From: an uncultured Actinomycetota bacterium
GTDB lineage: Bacteria > Actinomycetota > Actinomycetes > Propionibacteriales > Nocardioidaceae
Direction of reading: 5' to 3'
DNA: 64,000 nucleotides
Assembly: GCA_963814935.1 (NCBI GenBank)
Contig: CAWFEZ010000008.1
Span: 128,335 to 192,334 of the forward strand
Shown here: piece after piece, positions 20,385-30,310 of the stretch
How the letters are laid out: each line of letters starts with the position of its first letter
Numbering within the stretch: the first letter of the stretch is position 1
Made by a program: the position numbers and the translations under genes
The notes under the pieces: generated by a model
Told to the model about the DNA's origin: nothing
What the model saw: only the letters and a program-made list of their open reading frames with translations
Database searches by the model: none

Positions 20385-21793
20385 GGATCCCGGTCCCCGA
20401 CGTCCTGCTGCCCGCCGACGAGCTCGGCCGGGTGCACTTCGTCGGCATCGGCGGCGCAGGACTGTCGGCCATCGCCCGGATCATGCTCGCGCGGGGGATT
20501 CCCGTCAGCGGCAGCGACGGAGCCGACTCGCCAACCCTCGGCGCGCTGCGCGCGCTGGGCGCCACCGTCTACCTCGGCCACGACGCCGACCACGTCCGTG
20601 ACGTCGACACGCTCGTGGTCTCGACGGCCGTGCCCGACGACAACCCCGAGGTGGTGGAGGCTCAGCGCCGGGGGCTGCGCATCCTCCCGCGGTCCGCGGG
20701 CCAAGCGGCGGTGATGGCCGGACAGCGAGTGGTTGCCGTGGCCGGGACCCACGGCAAGACCACGACGACGTCGCTGCTCGTCTCCGCGCTCCAGGCGGCC
20801 GGCGCCGACCCGTCGTACACGATCGGCGGCGACCTGGCCGAGACCGGCAGCAACGCCCACGACGGCACCGGCGACGACTTCGTCGTCGAGGCCGACGAGA
20901 GCGACGGAGCCTTCTTGGTCTACCGGCCGTTCGCGGCGATCGTCACCAACATGCAGGCCGACCATCTCGACGTGTGGGGGAACGAGGCCGCCTACCGGCA
21001 GGCCTTCGTCGAGTTCATCGACACCGTCGACCCGGAGGGTTTCGTGATCCTCTGTGCCGACGACCCTGGCGCTGCCGCGTTGGCCACGGTCGCCGCACAG
21101 CGCGGTCTCGCCGTGTCTTCGGTGGGCGAGTCCGGCCTCGACCTCCGAGTGACGGGCCTGAGCACGGGTGCAACCGGCACCTCGTTCGACGTCGAGGTCG
21201 ACGGCGCCATCCTTGGCCGCGTCGCCCTCCAGGTCCCCGGTCGCCATTACGCACTCGATGCTGCGGTCGCGCTGGCCGCAGGCCTGGTCCTGGGCTACTA
21301 CTTCGACGACCTGCGAGCGGGCATGGAGGCCTATGCCGGCACGCGTCGACGGATGGAGCCGAAGGGCCACGTTGCCGGCGTGCGCGTCTACGACAGCTAC
21401 GCCCACCACCCGGCCGAGATCGCTGCCGACCTCGAGGCCGCGCGGGCGGTGGCGGGGGAGGGTCGGCTGGTCGTCGCCTTCCAGCCCCACCTGGTCTCGC
21501 GCACCCGCGAGTTCGGGCCGGCGATGGGCGCCGCGCTCGGCGCCGCCGACGAGGTCGTCGTCCTCGACGTCTACGCCGCGCGCGAGACGCCCGACCCGGC
21601 CGTCACCGGTCGCGTGGTCGCCGACGCCGTCCCGCTGCCCGGCGAGCAGGTCGCCTTCGTCGCCGGCCTCGCCGAGGCCGCGGCCGAGCTGGCCGCCCGG
21701 GCGCGAGACGGCGACCTGGTGCTCACCCTCGGCGCCGGCAGCGTCACCGAGGTCGGCCCACTGGTGCTCGAGATCCTGGCGGCCGCAGGGTGA
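20381..21793 (+). CDS. murC: UDP-MurNAc--L-alanine ligase
   Basis: HFVGIGGAGLS, GTHGKTTTT, EADESDG, DSYAHHP, FQPH. Confidence 0.96.
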   Translation: MRIPVPDVLLPADELGRVHFVGIGGAGLSAIARIMLARGIPVSGSDGADSPTLGALRALGATVYLGHDADHVRDVDTLVVSTAVPDDNPEVVEAQRRGLRILPRSAGQAAVMAGQRVVAVAGTHGKTTTTSLLVSALQAAGADPSYTIGGDLAETGSNAHDGTGDDFVVEADESDGAFLVYRPFAAIVTNMQADHLDVWGNEAAYRQAFVEFIDTVDPEGFVILCADDPGAAALATVAAQRGLAVSSVGESGLDLRVTGLSTGATGTSFDVEVDGAILGRVALQVPGRHYALDAAVALAAGLVLGYYFDDLRAGMEAYAGTRRRMEPKGHVAGVRVYDSYAHHPAEIAADLEAARAVAGEGRLVVAFQPHLVSRTREFGPAMGAALGAADEVVVLDVYAARETPDPAVTGRVVADAVPLPGEQVAFVAGLAEAAAELAARARDGDLVLTLGAGSVTEVGPLVLEILAAAG

Positions 21794-22584
21794 GGGGCCT
21801 GACGAGGCGCGACCCGGCCGACACCGGTGAGCGCGCCGCCCTCCGCTCGCGCAAGCGCTTCGCGCGCCGCCAGTGGCGTCGCCGCTGGCTGGCGTGGCGC
21901 TACGTGCTGGTCGCGGTGCTCGTCGTCGCGCTCGTCGCCGGCGGCACCTGGCTCGTCTACTTCTCCAGCGTGCTGACGGTCAAGCGGGTCGACATCGAAG
22001 GCAACGACCTGCTCACCCGGAACCAGGTGCTCACAACGGCCCGGGTTCCCGACGGCGAGCAGCTGGCCAGGGTCGACATCGACGCGATCGCGACGCGCCT
22101 GCGCTCCCTGGCCGCCGTACGCTCCGTCGACGTCTCCCGCAAGTGGCCCGACGCCGTCCAGATCGAGATCCGCGAACGCGTCGCCGTCGCCGTGATCGAG
22201 ATCGGCGGCAAGCTGCGCGGCCTCGACGCCGAGGGCGTGGTGTTCAACGACTACGCCAAGGCGCCGCCCGGCCTGCCGCGCATCAGCTCCACCTCGCAGA
22301 CCACCCCCGAGGCACTCAAGGAGGCCGCGACCGTCGTCTCGGCCCTGCCCATGGAGCTCTCGGCGATGGTCGACCACCTCGAGGTGCTCACCGTCGACCA
22401 GATCACCCTGGTGCTGCGCGACGAGCGGATCGTGCTGTGGGGGAGCAGCGACGACTCCGCCACCAAGGCCGAGGTGCTGCTGCGGCTGCTGCGCGAGCCC
22501 GCCAAGGTGTACGACGTCTCCGTCCCCGGCCAGCCCACCACCTGCCCCGAGGCCTCCGCCGAGGCCTGCCTGCGCCAGCCGTGA
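21790..22584 (+). CDS. ftsQ: Cell division protein FtsQ/DivIB
   Basis: Arg-rich N-terminus, TM, POTRA (VDVSRKWPD), C-terminal YDVSVP. Confidence 0.92.
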   Translation: MRGLTRRDPADTGERAALRSRKRFARRQWRRRWLAWRYVLVAVLVVALVAGGTWLVYFSSVLTVKRVDIEGNDLLTRNQVLTTARVPDGEQLARVDIDAIATRLRSLAAVRSVDVSRKWPDAVQIEIRERVAVAVIEIGGKLRGLDAEGVVFNDYAKAPPGLPRISSTSQTTPEALKEAATVVSALPMELSAMVDHLEVLTVDQITLVLRDERIVLWGSSDDSATKAEVLLRLLREPAKVYDVSVPGQPTTCPEASAEACLRQP

Positions 22585-22593
22585 GCGTCTGCA

Positions 22594-23805
22594 GGTTTCA
22601 CCGGCCGGCCGGTGAAACTGGCGCCTGATGGGGGAAATTTCGGCCGTCAAGCGGCAGTCTTGCCCGTGAGGCACGGCCGGGCGGAGCCCACCGACGAGAG
22701 GCGAGGATCGAGCGGATCTCGTGAGCCAGGCGCTCCGGACGCTCGAGATCCTTCCAACTGATGCGGATACAGACCCAGCCGGTCAGTCGACAAATGAGCT
22801 TCTCGCGCTCCCGCTCCTCGCGGAGCACCTGAGCAAGCGTCTTCCCGGGGGGCAGGTTGTTGTACTTGACGTTCCCGTCGAACTCCAAGAACACGCCCAG
22901 CTCTGGGAGCGCGAAGTCGACCCGGGCGATCACCCGACCGGTGGAATCGCGGATCTCGTACTGCGGCTCGAACCGCGGCAGGCCTTGTTTCCAGAGGAAA
23001 TGCCAGGTGCGGGACTCACCGGCACTTTCGATGCGCGGGTCAGCCAGCCTCAAGACGAGCCGAGTGGAGAGGGTGTCGGGCCACCCGTCCATCGTGCGCG
23101 ATGCGGCCCAGCAGTGATCCAGGTTCGTCGCCCCCGAATGCAAGAGACTGTTGGTCACCACCAGACCACGTTCCACGTCGCACTGAGTCGTGACATCGAC
23201 GACCGTTCGGGCCGCACCAAGGACTCGCACGCCGTCATTGACAGCGATGTCGCCAGCGTTGACCTTCCCACGGTGCTGGCAGACCCCAGCCTCACGACGG
23301 CCGCACTTTCCATCGAGACGCGTGACGTGCACCTCGGACAGGTCAAGGTCCCACACGTCGGCACCCCACTCGATCGCGGCCGAGAGGTGCGAGAGGACCG
23401 TTGGGGTCTTTGCTGTCTTGAGTACTGCGCGTGCCGTCACCCGGTGGCGATCCTCGGCGTCGAGCGGTCGCCAGTCCTTGGCCTCCGCGTATGAGCCGTG
23501 ACGAATCCTGACCCATTCCCCGCTCTTCAGTTTGGCCGCGATCGCACGGTCGTCGTAGCCCATCTCAAGAGCTTCGCGTCGCAAGATGACGCCGCCACGG
23601 GGGCCGAGGGTGGTTCGCCTGATCATCACGACGAAGCAGTTCCACCAACCGCCAGCTCTCAATCACGCCAGTTCGGGAGCTGTGGATGGCCGCCTGGAGC
23701 AGCCGCTTCGCGCCGTCGGACTCGGTGCTTGACGGGCAAGACCGACGCTTGGCGGCCAAGGCTTCACCTGACAAGCGCGGGTTTCACCGGCCGGCCGGTG
23801 AAACT
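22594..23805. mobile_element. Candidate palindrome/TIR-bounded insertion carrying an AbiEi-DUF559-like gene
   Basis: Identical GGTTTCACCGGCCGGCCGGTGAAACT at 22594-22619 and 23780-23805; the inner flanks 22620-22670 and 23728-23779 are imperfect inverted repeats of each other; the insert separates ftsQ from ftsZ. Confidence 0.6.
22598..23626 (-). CDS. AbiEi-like N-terminal wHTH plus DUF559/Vsr-like PD-(D/E)XK endonuclease protein
   Basis: N-terminal GEWVRIRHGSY and VLSHLSAA; C-terminal ESAGES, PQYEI, ARVDFA, LEFDGNVKY, REEREREKLI, GWVCIRISWKDL; codon usage visibly less GC-skewed than neighbours. Confidence 0.8.
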   Translation of the reverse strand: MIRRTTLGPRGGVILRREALEMGYDDRAIAAKLKSGEWVRIRHGSYAEAKDWRPLDAEDRHRVTARAVLKTAKTPTVLSHLSAAIEWGADVWDLDLSEVHVTRLDGKCGRREAGVCQHRGKVNAGDIAVNDGVRVLGAARTVVDVTTQCDVERGLVVTNSLLHSGATNLDHCWAASRTMDGWPDTLSTRLVLRLADPRIESAGESRTWHFLWKQGLPRFEPQYEIRDSTGRVIARVDFALPELGVFLEFDGNVKYNNLPPGKTLAQVLREEREREKLICRLTGWVCIRISWKDLERPERLAHEIRSILASRRWAPPGRASRARLPLDGRNFPHQAPVSPAGR

Positions 23806-23898
23806 ACGAGCCCGCCGACGTGGACGAACATTCAGGTCGACGGCGTGTCGGCGTCAGCAGGAGCGCGTCGGCTGCCTACTGTCGTAGCCACGACGAGG

Positions 23899-23936
23899 TT
23901 GACATAACTATAACCCTCAGGCTGAGGGTGACAGTT
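23899..23936 (+). promoter_or_regulatory. ftsZ promoter with an FtsR (MerR-type)-like palindromic operator
   Basis: TTGACA at 23899 followed by the inverted repeat AACT-ATA-ACCCTCAG-G-CTGAGGGT-GAC-AGTT; a GTGTC (WhiA-type GACAC box, reverse) at 23845. Confidence 0.6.
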
Positions 23937-24011
23937 CAGCACTCGCCGGCCATCTTCCCCAGCAGGCCGCACCACCACAGACCACCACCACAAGCGAGAG
24001 GCGCATCCGCC

Positions 24012-25240
24012 GTGGCAGCAGCGCAGAACTACCTGGCCATCATCAAGGTCGTGGGCATCGGTGGCGGTGGCGTGAACGCCGTCAACCGGATGATCGAGGT
24101 CGGGCTCAAGGGCGTGGAGTTCATCGCGATCAACACCGACGCCCAGGCCCTGCTCATGAGCGACGCCGACGTCAAGCTCGACATCGGCCGCGAGCTGACC
24201 CGCGGTCTCGGCGCCGGCGCGAACCCCGACGTGGGCAAGCAGGCCGCCGACGACCACGCCGACGAGATCGAGGAGGTCATCAAGGGCGCCGACATGGTGT
24301 TCGTGACCGCCGGCGAGGGCGGCGGCACCGGCACCGGCGGCGCGCCCGTCGTGGCCCGGATCGCCCGCTAGCCTCGGCGCGCTGACCATCGGTGTGGTCA
24401 CCCGCCCGTTCGCCTTCGAGGGTCGCCGTCGCGCCAACTCCGCCGAGGAGGGCATCGCGCAGCTGCGCGAGGAGGTCGACACCCTCATCGTGATCCCCAA
24501 CGACCGGCTGCTGTCGATCTCCGACCGCAACGTGTCGGTGCTCGACGCGTTCAAGCAGGCCGACCAGGTGCTGCTCCAGGGTGTCTCGGGCATCACCGAC
24601 CTGATCACCACGCCCGGGCCTGATCAACCTCGACTTCGCCGACGTGAAGTCCGTGATGGCCAACGCCGGCTCCGCCCTGATGGGCATCGGCTCGGCGCGC
24701 GGCGAGGACCGCTCGGTGGCCGCCGCCGAGATGGCGGTCTCCAGCCCGCTGCTCGAGGCGAGCATCGACGGCGCCCACGGCGTGCTGCTCTCGATCGCCG
24801 GCGGCTCCGACCTCGGCCTGTTCGAGATCAACGAGGCCGCCGCACTGGTCGCCGCAGTCCGCGCACCCCGAGGCCAACATCATCTTCGGCGCCACCATCG
24901 ACGACGCCCTCGGCGACGAGGTGCGGGTCACGGTGATCGCCGCGGGCTTCGACGGCGGGCAGCCCAAGCGGCGCGAGCCGAGTCGGGCTTCACGCGCACC
25001 CAGGCCGCAGCAGACCCAGGAGGAGACCCGCAGGGCCGCGCAGGCGCTGGCTGCCGAGAAGGCCGAGTCCGCGAGCGGGCAGCCCGAGGTCAGCAGGGCG
25101 CCCGGCGTCCCCAGCCCGTCGGCGCCAGCGTCAGCGTCCCGACGCCGGCCCGGCCGGTCAGGCGCAGCCACCGCCGCGCGAAGCCGCGACCGATGCAGTT
25201 CGACGACGACGACCTGGACGTGCCCGACTTCCTCAAGTGA
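24012..25240 (+). CDS. ftsZ: Cell division protein FtsZ (multiple apparent frameshifts)
   Basis: [44 protein letters not shown]-terminal [12 protein letters not shown]. Confidence 0.96.
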
Positions 25241-26043
25241 GCTGCTGCTCCGCGACCGGCTCGACGCGACCCGTGATCGCGGTCCGTTCGCCGGCCCAGA
25301 CCGCTCGGCGACCGCAGGCGGCCCCGTCGAGCTGGCCTTCACCGACCGGCACGGCGGGGTCTCCTCAGCGCCCTTCGACTCCCTGAACCTCGCCTGGGCC
25401 GGTGACGACCCCGACGCGCTGGCCGAGAACCACCGCCGGCTCTCCGCCGACTTCGCGCCGGACGACGCCGGTCGCCGCGCTGAGCCAGGTCCACGGCAAC
25501 GACGTCGCGTACGTCGGCCCGAGGGCCCTCGTACCGACCTCCACGATCACCTCCACGCACGCGCCGACGGGGTGGTCACCGACCAGCCGGGCGTGGCCTT
25601 GATGGTCCGCGGCGCCGACTGCGTGCCGGTGCTGCTCGCCGACGCCGACGCGCGGCGTGATCGGCGGCTGCCACGCCGGTCGTCCGGGCCTGGTGGCCGG
25701 GGTCGTGCCGGCCACCGTCGAGCGGATGCGCGAGCTCGGTGCCCGCGAGGTCACCGCCTGGGTCGGCCCGCACGTGTGCGGCGCGCTGCTACGAGGTGCC
25801 CGAGGAGATGCGCGAGGACGTCGCGGCCGCCGTCCCCGCCAGCAGCGGCCACCACCTCGTGGGGCACCCCGTCGCTCGACCTCGGCGCCGGCGTCACGCG
25901 CCCAGCTCGAGCGAGGCGGGCGTCCGCGTGCGTCGACGGTCGCGGCTGCACCCGCGAGTCGCCCGACCTGTACTCCTACCGCCGCGACGGCACCTGGCAG
26001 TCCGGCCGCCTGGCCGGGCTGATCCGGATGGCGGTCTCGATGA
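25237..26043 (+). CDS. pgeF: Peptidoglycan editing factor PgeF/YfiH (frameshifted)
   Basis: [46 protein letters not shown]. Confidence 0.88.
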
Positions 26044-26749
26044 CGACCGCCGCGACGAGATCGCCGCCAACCTCGACGCCGTGCGCGGCCGGATCGCGCG
26101 CCGCCTGCGCGACGGCCGGGCGCGACGCCGACGAGGTCACGCTGGTCGTGGTCACCAAGTTCTTCCCGGCCTCCGACGTCCGGCTGCTCGCCGACCTCGG
26201 CGTCACCGACGTCGGCGAGAACCGCCACCAGGAGGCCGAGGCGAAGGCCGCCGAGTGCGCCGACCTCGGGCTGCGCTGGCACTTCATCGGCGGGCTGCAG
26301 AGCAACAAGGCGGCCGCCGTCGCGGCGTACGCCGACGTCGTGGAGTCGGTCGACCGGGTCAAGCTGGTCGCGCCGCTCAACCGCGGCGCGCACGAGCGCT
26401 CGCACGCGGTCGACGTGCTGCTCCAGGTCAGCCTGGACCCGCCCGGACGCAGCAGCGAGGGCCGGTCCGGCGCCGATCCCGACGACCTCGCCGCGCTGGC
26501 CGCCGCAGTCGACGAGGCCGGGATGCTGCGGCTGCGCGGCCTGATGGCGGTCGCGCCGCTGGGCGAGGACCCCGCCGCGGCCTTCGCCCGGCTGGCCGAG
26601 ATCCGCCGACGAGTTCCTCGCCGACGCACCCCGACGCGACCTGGCTCTCGGCCGGCATGAGCGGCGACCTGGAGGACGCCGTCGAGCCGGCGCGACACAC
26701 GTGCGTGTTCGGCTCCGCGGTCCTCGGTTCGAGGCCACAGGTCAAGTAG
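26040..26749 (+). CDS. yggS: YggS-family PLP homeostasis protein (frameshifted)
   Basis: [42 protein letters not shown]. Confidence 0.9.
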
Positions 26750-26812
26750 TGTCAACAACACCGAAGCGCCACTTCCGCGGGCGCGGGCAGCAGCTACCGG
26801 AGGAAGACAGTC

Positions 26813-27312
26813 ATGAGCGGCGCGATGCGCAGGATCGGCGAGTACCTCGGCCTGCTCGAGGACACCGGCCGGTACGACGACGAGCTACGACGAGCGACTA
26901 CGACACCACCGACGACGCCGGCCAGTCCGCCCGCGGTCGGCCCGCGGCGAGGAGTCCGCCCCGCCCCCGTGGCCGACCTCTCCGAGCGCCGCCGTCCGGC
27001 GCGTCCGGCCCCGACCGGGCGTGGTCGCCGAGCTGTCCCGCATCACCACCCTGCACCCGCGCACCTACAACGAGGCGCGCACCGTCGGCGAGAACTTCCG
27101 CGAGGGCACGCCCGGTGATCATGAACCTCTCCGAGATGGACGACAACGACGCCAAGCGTCTCGTCGACTTCGCGGCCGGGCTGGTGTTTGCCACGCGTGG
27201 CACCATCGAGCGCGTGACCAACAAGGTGTTCCTGCTCTCGCCGCCCAACGTCTCGGTCGCCGCCGAGGACAAGCAGCGGATCGCCGAGGGCGGCTTCTTC
27301 AACCAGAGCTGA
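26813..27312 (+). CDS. sepF: Cell division protein SepF (frameshifted)
   Basis: [53 protein letters not shown]. Confidence 0.93.
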
Positions 27313-27328
27313 CGACGACGCTGTCGCA

Positions 27329-27623
27329 GTGGCAAGCTTGCTCGGGCAGGTCATCGAGGGCCTGCTGTGGTTCTTCATCGCGCTGCTGTGGGTCCGGTTC
27401 GTCGTGGACTGGGTCCAGGTGTTCGCGCGCTCCTGGTCCCCGCGCGGCCGCTGCTGGTCCTGCTCGAGGTCGTCTACTCCGTCACCGACCCGCCGATCAA
27501 GGCGCTGCGCCGGGTGATCCCGCCGCTGCGGATCGGCAGCATCGCGCTCGACCTGAGCTTCCTGATCGTGATGATCGGCGGCCTACATCCTGCTGCGCGT
27601 CAACCGATGCGATCTTCTTCTGA
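27329..27623 (+). CDS. yggT: YggT-family membrane protein (frameshifted)
   Basis: VRFVVDWVQVFARSW, YSVTDPPIKALRRVIPPLRIG, LDLSF. Confidence 0.88.
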
Positions 27624-27731
27624 GCCTGCGTGACACCGGCCTGATGCGGCGACGTCGCGGGTGCGCGCCCGCAGGCGCTATTGTTCGCACCGACAGCAAA
27701 CTTCGTTGCCGACGAATGAATGGGTGAGGTC

Positions 27732-28511
27732 ATGCCGCTGACGCCTGAGGACGTGAGCAACAAGCGCTTTACTCCCGTCCGGCTCCGCGAGGGCTACGAC
27801 ATGGGGGAGGTCGACCAGTTCCTCGACGAGGTGGAGGCCGAGCTCGCGCGGCTCACCAAGGAGAACGACGACCTCCGGTCGAAGCTGTCCGCCGCCCAGT
27901 CCGGGGGGCGGCCGAGCCCCGGCGCACCGCAGCCCGAGCCCGAGCCTGAGCCGACGTCCCGCCGAGCCGGAGCCGGAGCCCGAGCCGGAGCCCGAGCCGG
28001 AGCCCGCGCCGGTCCGGCCGGTCGCGGCCGCCGTCAGTCGCCGGTCGAGACGATCCGGGTCGAGACCGTGCCCGCAGGCGTCCAACGCCGCGGCCCGGCT
28101 GCTCGAGATCGCCACCCGCAACGCCGACGAGCTCGTCGACGAGGCCAAGAACGAGGCCGACAAGATCGTCGGCGAGGCCCGCACCAAGGCCGAGCGGCTC
28201 GAGTCCGAGTCCAAGGCCAAGGCCGACCGGCTCGAGGCCGACGCCCGCACCCGCGCCGCAGATGCTCGACTCCGAGACCGCCGAGCGCCGCCAGCAGATG
28301 TTCGGTGACCTCGAGAAGGAGCGCGACAAGCTCAACGCGCGAGGTCGAGAACCTGCGCTCGTTCGAGCGCGAGTACCGCTCCCGGCTCAAGAGCTACTTC
28401 ACCCAGCAGCTCGAGGCGCTCGACAGCGCGTCCGAGACCGGCGCCCCGTCCGGCGAGGAGCAGCCCGCGCCCAAGCGGCTGCGCTCGATCCTCGGCGAGG
28501 ACGAGGGCTGA
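27732..28511 (+). CDS. divIVA: DivIVA/Wag31 polar growth protein (frameshifted)
   Basis: MPLTPEDVSNKRFTPVRLREGYDMGEVDQFLD, (EP)n linker, VENLRSFEREYRSRLKSY. Confidence 0.93.
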   Translation: MPLTPEDVSNKRFTPVRLREGYDMGEVDQFLDEVEAELARLTKENDDLRSKLSAAQSGGRPSPGAPQPEPEPEPTSRRAGAGARAGARAGARAGPAGRGRRQSPVETIRVETVPAGVQRRGPAARDRHPQRRRARRRGQERGRQDRRRGPHQGRAARVRVQGQGRPARGRRPHPRRRCSTPRPPSAASRCSVTSRRSATSSTREVENLRSFEREYRSRLKSYFTQQLEALDSASETGAPSGEEQPAPKRLRSILGEDEG

Positions 28512-28550
28512 GCCGCTCCATCTCGGCACGTCCGGCCTCGACCCTCGGAC

Positions 28551-28586
28551 GCGACGGCGGCCGCCCCCGGGGCCGGCCGCCGTCGC
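28551..28586 (+). terminator. GC-rich hairpin after divIVA (probable terminator)
   Basis: GCGACGGCGGCCG ... CGGCCGCCGTCGC 13-bp stem followed by TTCAT. Confidence 0.65.
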
Positions 28587-28702
28587 TTCATGTGGCGCGC
28601 CGTGTTTGAAGTGCACCCGCGCAGGGGCTACCCTCCCGCCACACTGTGGCAGCCGGACCCACAGGTCGACTCCAAGGCGTCCCAGGCCAGGAAGGCCGCA
28701 TC

Positions 28703-29758
28703 ATGGCTCGCAGCACCAGGAAGTCGCTCGCCGGTCAGCGCGGCCGCAGCCGCGCCAAGAAGACGGCCGCCACGACCGCGAAGGCCGCACCGGCCAAGAA
28801 GACCGCGGCGGCCAAGAAGACGACGGCGGCGAAGAAGGCCGCGCCGGCCAAGAAGACGGCGCCGGCCAAGAAGGCCGCTCCGGCGAAGAAGGCGGCGCCG
28901 GCCAAGAAGGCTGCTCCGGCGAAGAAGGCGGCCGGCGAAGAAGGCTGCTCCGGCGAAGAAGACGGCGCCGGCCAAGAAGGCCGCTCCGGCGAAGAAGGCG
29001 CCGGCCAAGAAGCCGCTCCGGCGAAGAAGACGCCGGCCAAGAAGGCCGCTCCGGCGAAGAAGGCGGCGGCCAAGAAGGCCGCCCCGCGAAGAAGGCGCCG
29101 GCCAAGAAGCCGCTCCGGCGAAGAAGACGACGGCCAAGAAGCCGCGCCGGCGAAGAAGACGCCGGCCAAGAAGGCCGCCCCGGCCAAGAAGGCACCAGCA
29201 AGAAGGCCGCGCCCAAGAAGGCGCCTCGCGCGAAGAAGACCGCGGCCAAGGCCGCCGCGACCGCAGCAAGGCGACGCCGCGCGAAGAAGGCCGCCCGCGA
29301 CGACGGCCCCGCCAAGAAGTCCGCCGCGCCGAGCACCGGGCCAGCGCGCCCGAAGTCGGTCAGCGCCCTGGTGGTCAAGGAGGGCGAGGGCGCCTGGACC
29401 AAGGCCGAGCTCAAGGAGGTCCTCGACGAGCTCCACGAGCAGCGCGACCAGCGTCGTCCGCACGCTCTCGCGGCGCAGGAGGACGAGCTCGACGGGCTGA
29501 TGCGCGACGCCGGTGACGGCGCCGGCCACGACCAGGCCGACATGGGCGCCACCAGCTTCGAGCGCGACCACGAGCTCACCGTGGTCAACAACGAGCGCGA
29601 GAAGCTGGCCCAGATCGACCGGGCCCTGGCCCGCATCGACGACGGCACCTACGGCGTCTGCGAGTCCTGCGGCAACCCCATCGGCAAGATGCGGGTCGAT
29701 GGCGTTCCCCCGTGCCACACTGTGCATGACATGCAAGCAGCGCGAGGAGCGTCGCTGA
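28703..29758 (+). CDS. TraR/DksA C4 zinc-finger protein with a long (PAKKA)n histone-like N-terminus (frameshifted)
   Basis: AKKAAPAKKT repeats at ~28760-29330; then WTKAELKEV, DQADMG, ALARIDDGTYGVCESCGNPIG, FPRATLCMTCKQREERR. Confidence 0.88.
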
Positions 29759-30310
29759 CCCAGCGACGCACGCCGGTCCGCCCGAGCCGACTCCCGACGT
29801 CCGGCGCCGCCCGCCGCGTACCGCCGCGGTCTTCGTCCTGCGTCGCGCTCGCGGCGTACGCCGTCGACGTCGGCACCAAGATCTTGGCGGTCGAGCACCT
29901 CGGCCGACGCGCGACGTCGAGTCCTCGGCGACTGGTTCGTGCTGCACCTGACGCGCAACCCGGGTGCGGCGTTCAGCACCGGCACGGAGTACACCGTCGC
30001 TGCTCAGCCTGCCTCGCGATCGCGGCCGTCGTCGTGGTGCTCTGGTTCAGCCGCCGCCTCGGCAGCCTGCTCTGGGCGGTCGCCCTCGGCCTGCTGCTCG
30101 CCGGCGTCGCCGGCAACCTCACCGACCGGCTGTTCCGCGAGCCCGGGCCGCTGCGCGGCCACGTCATCGACTTTTCGATGCTGCCGAACTGGCCGGTCTT
30201 CAACGTCGCCGACATGTGCATCAACGTCGCCGCCGGGCTGATCCTCCTCCAGGCGTTCCGCGGCATCCGCATCGACGGCATCCGACGGGACGCCGGGACG
30301 CAAGTCATGA
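29731..30310 (+). CDS. lspA: Signal peptidase II (frameshifted)
   Basis: LTRNPGAAFS, GVAGNLTDRLFR, GHVIDF, WPVFNVAD. Confidence 0.92.

Noticed and set aside
22598-23626. Complete type IV toxin-antitoxin (AbiE) system
   Set aside because: No AbiEii nucleotidyltransferase partner is adjacent; only the AbiEi-like/DUF559 gene is present.
28760-29330. Possible non-coding repeat array
   Set aside because: The repeats encode the PAKKA tail of the DksA-like protein.
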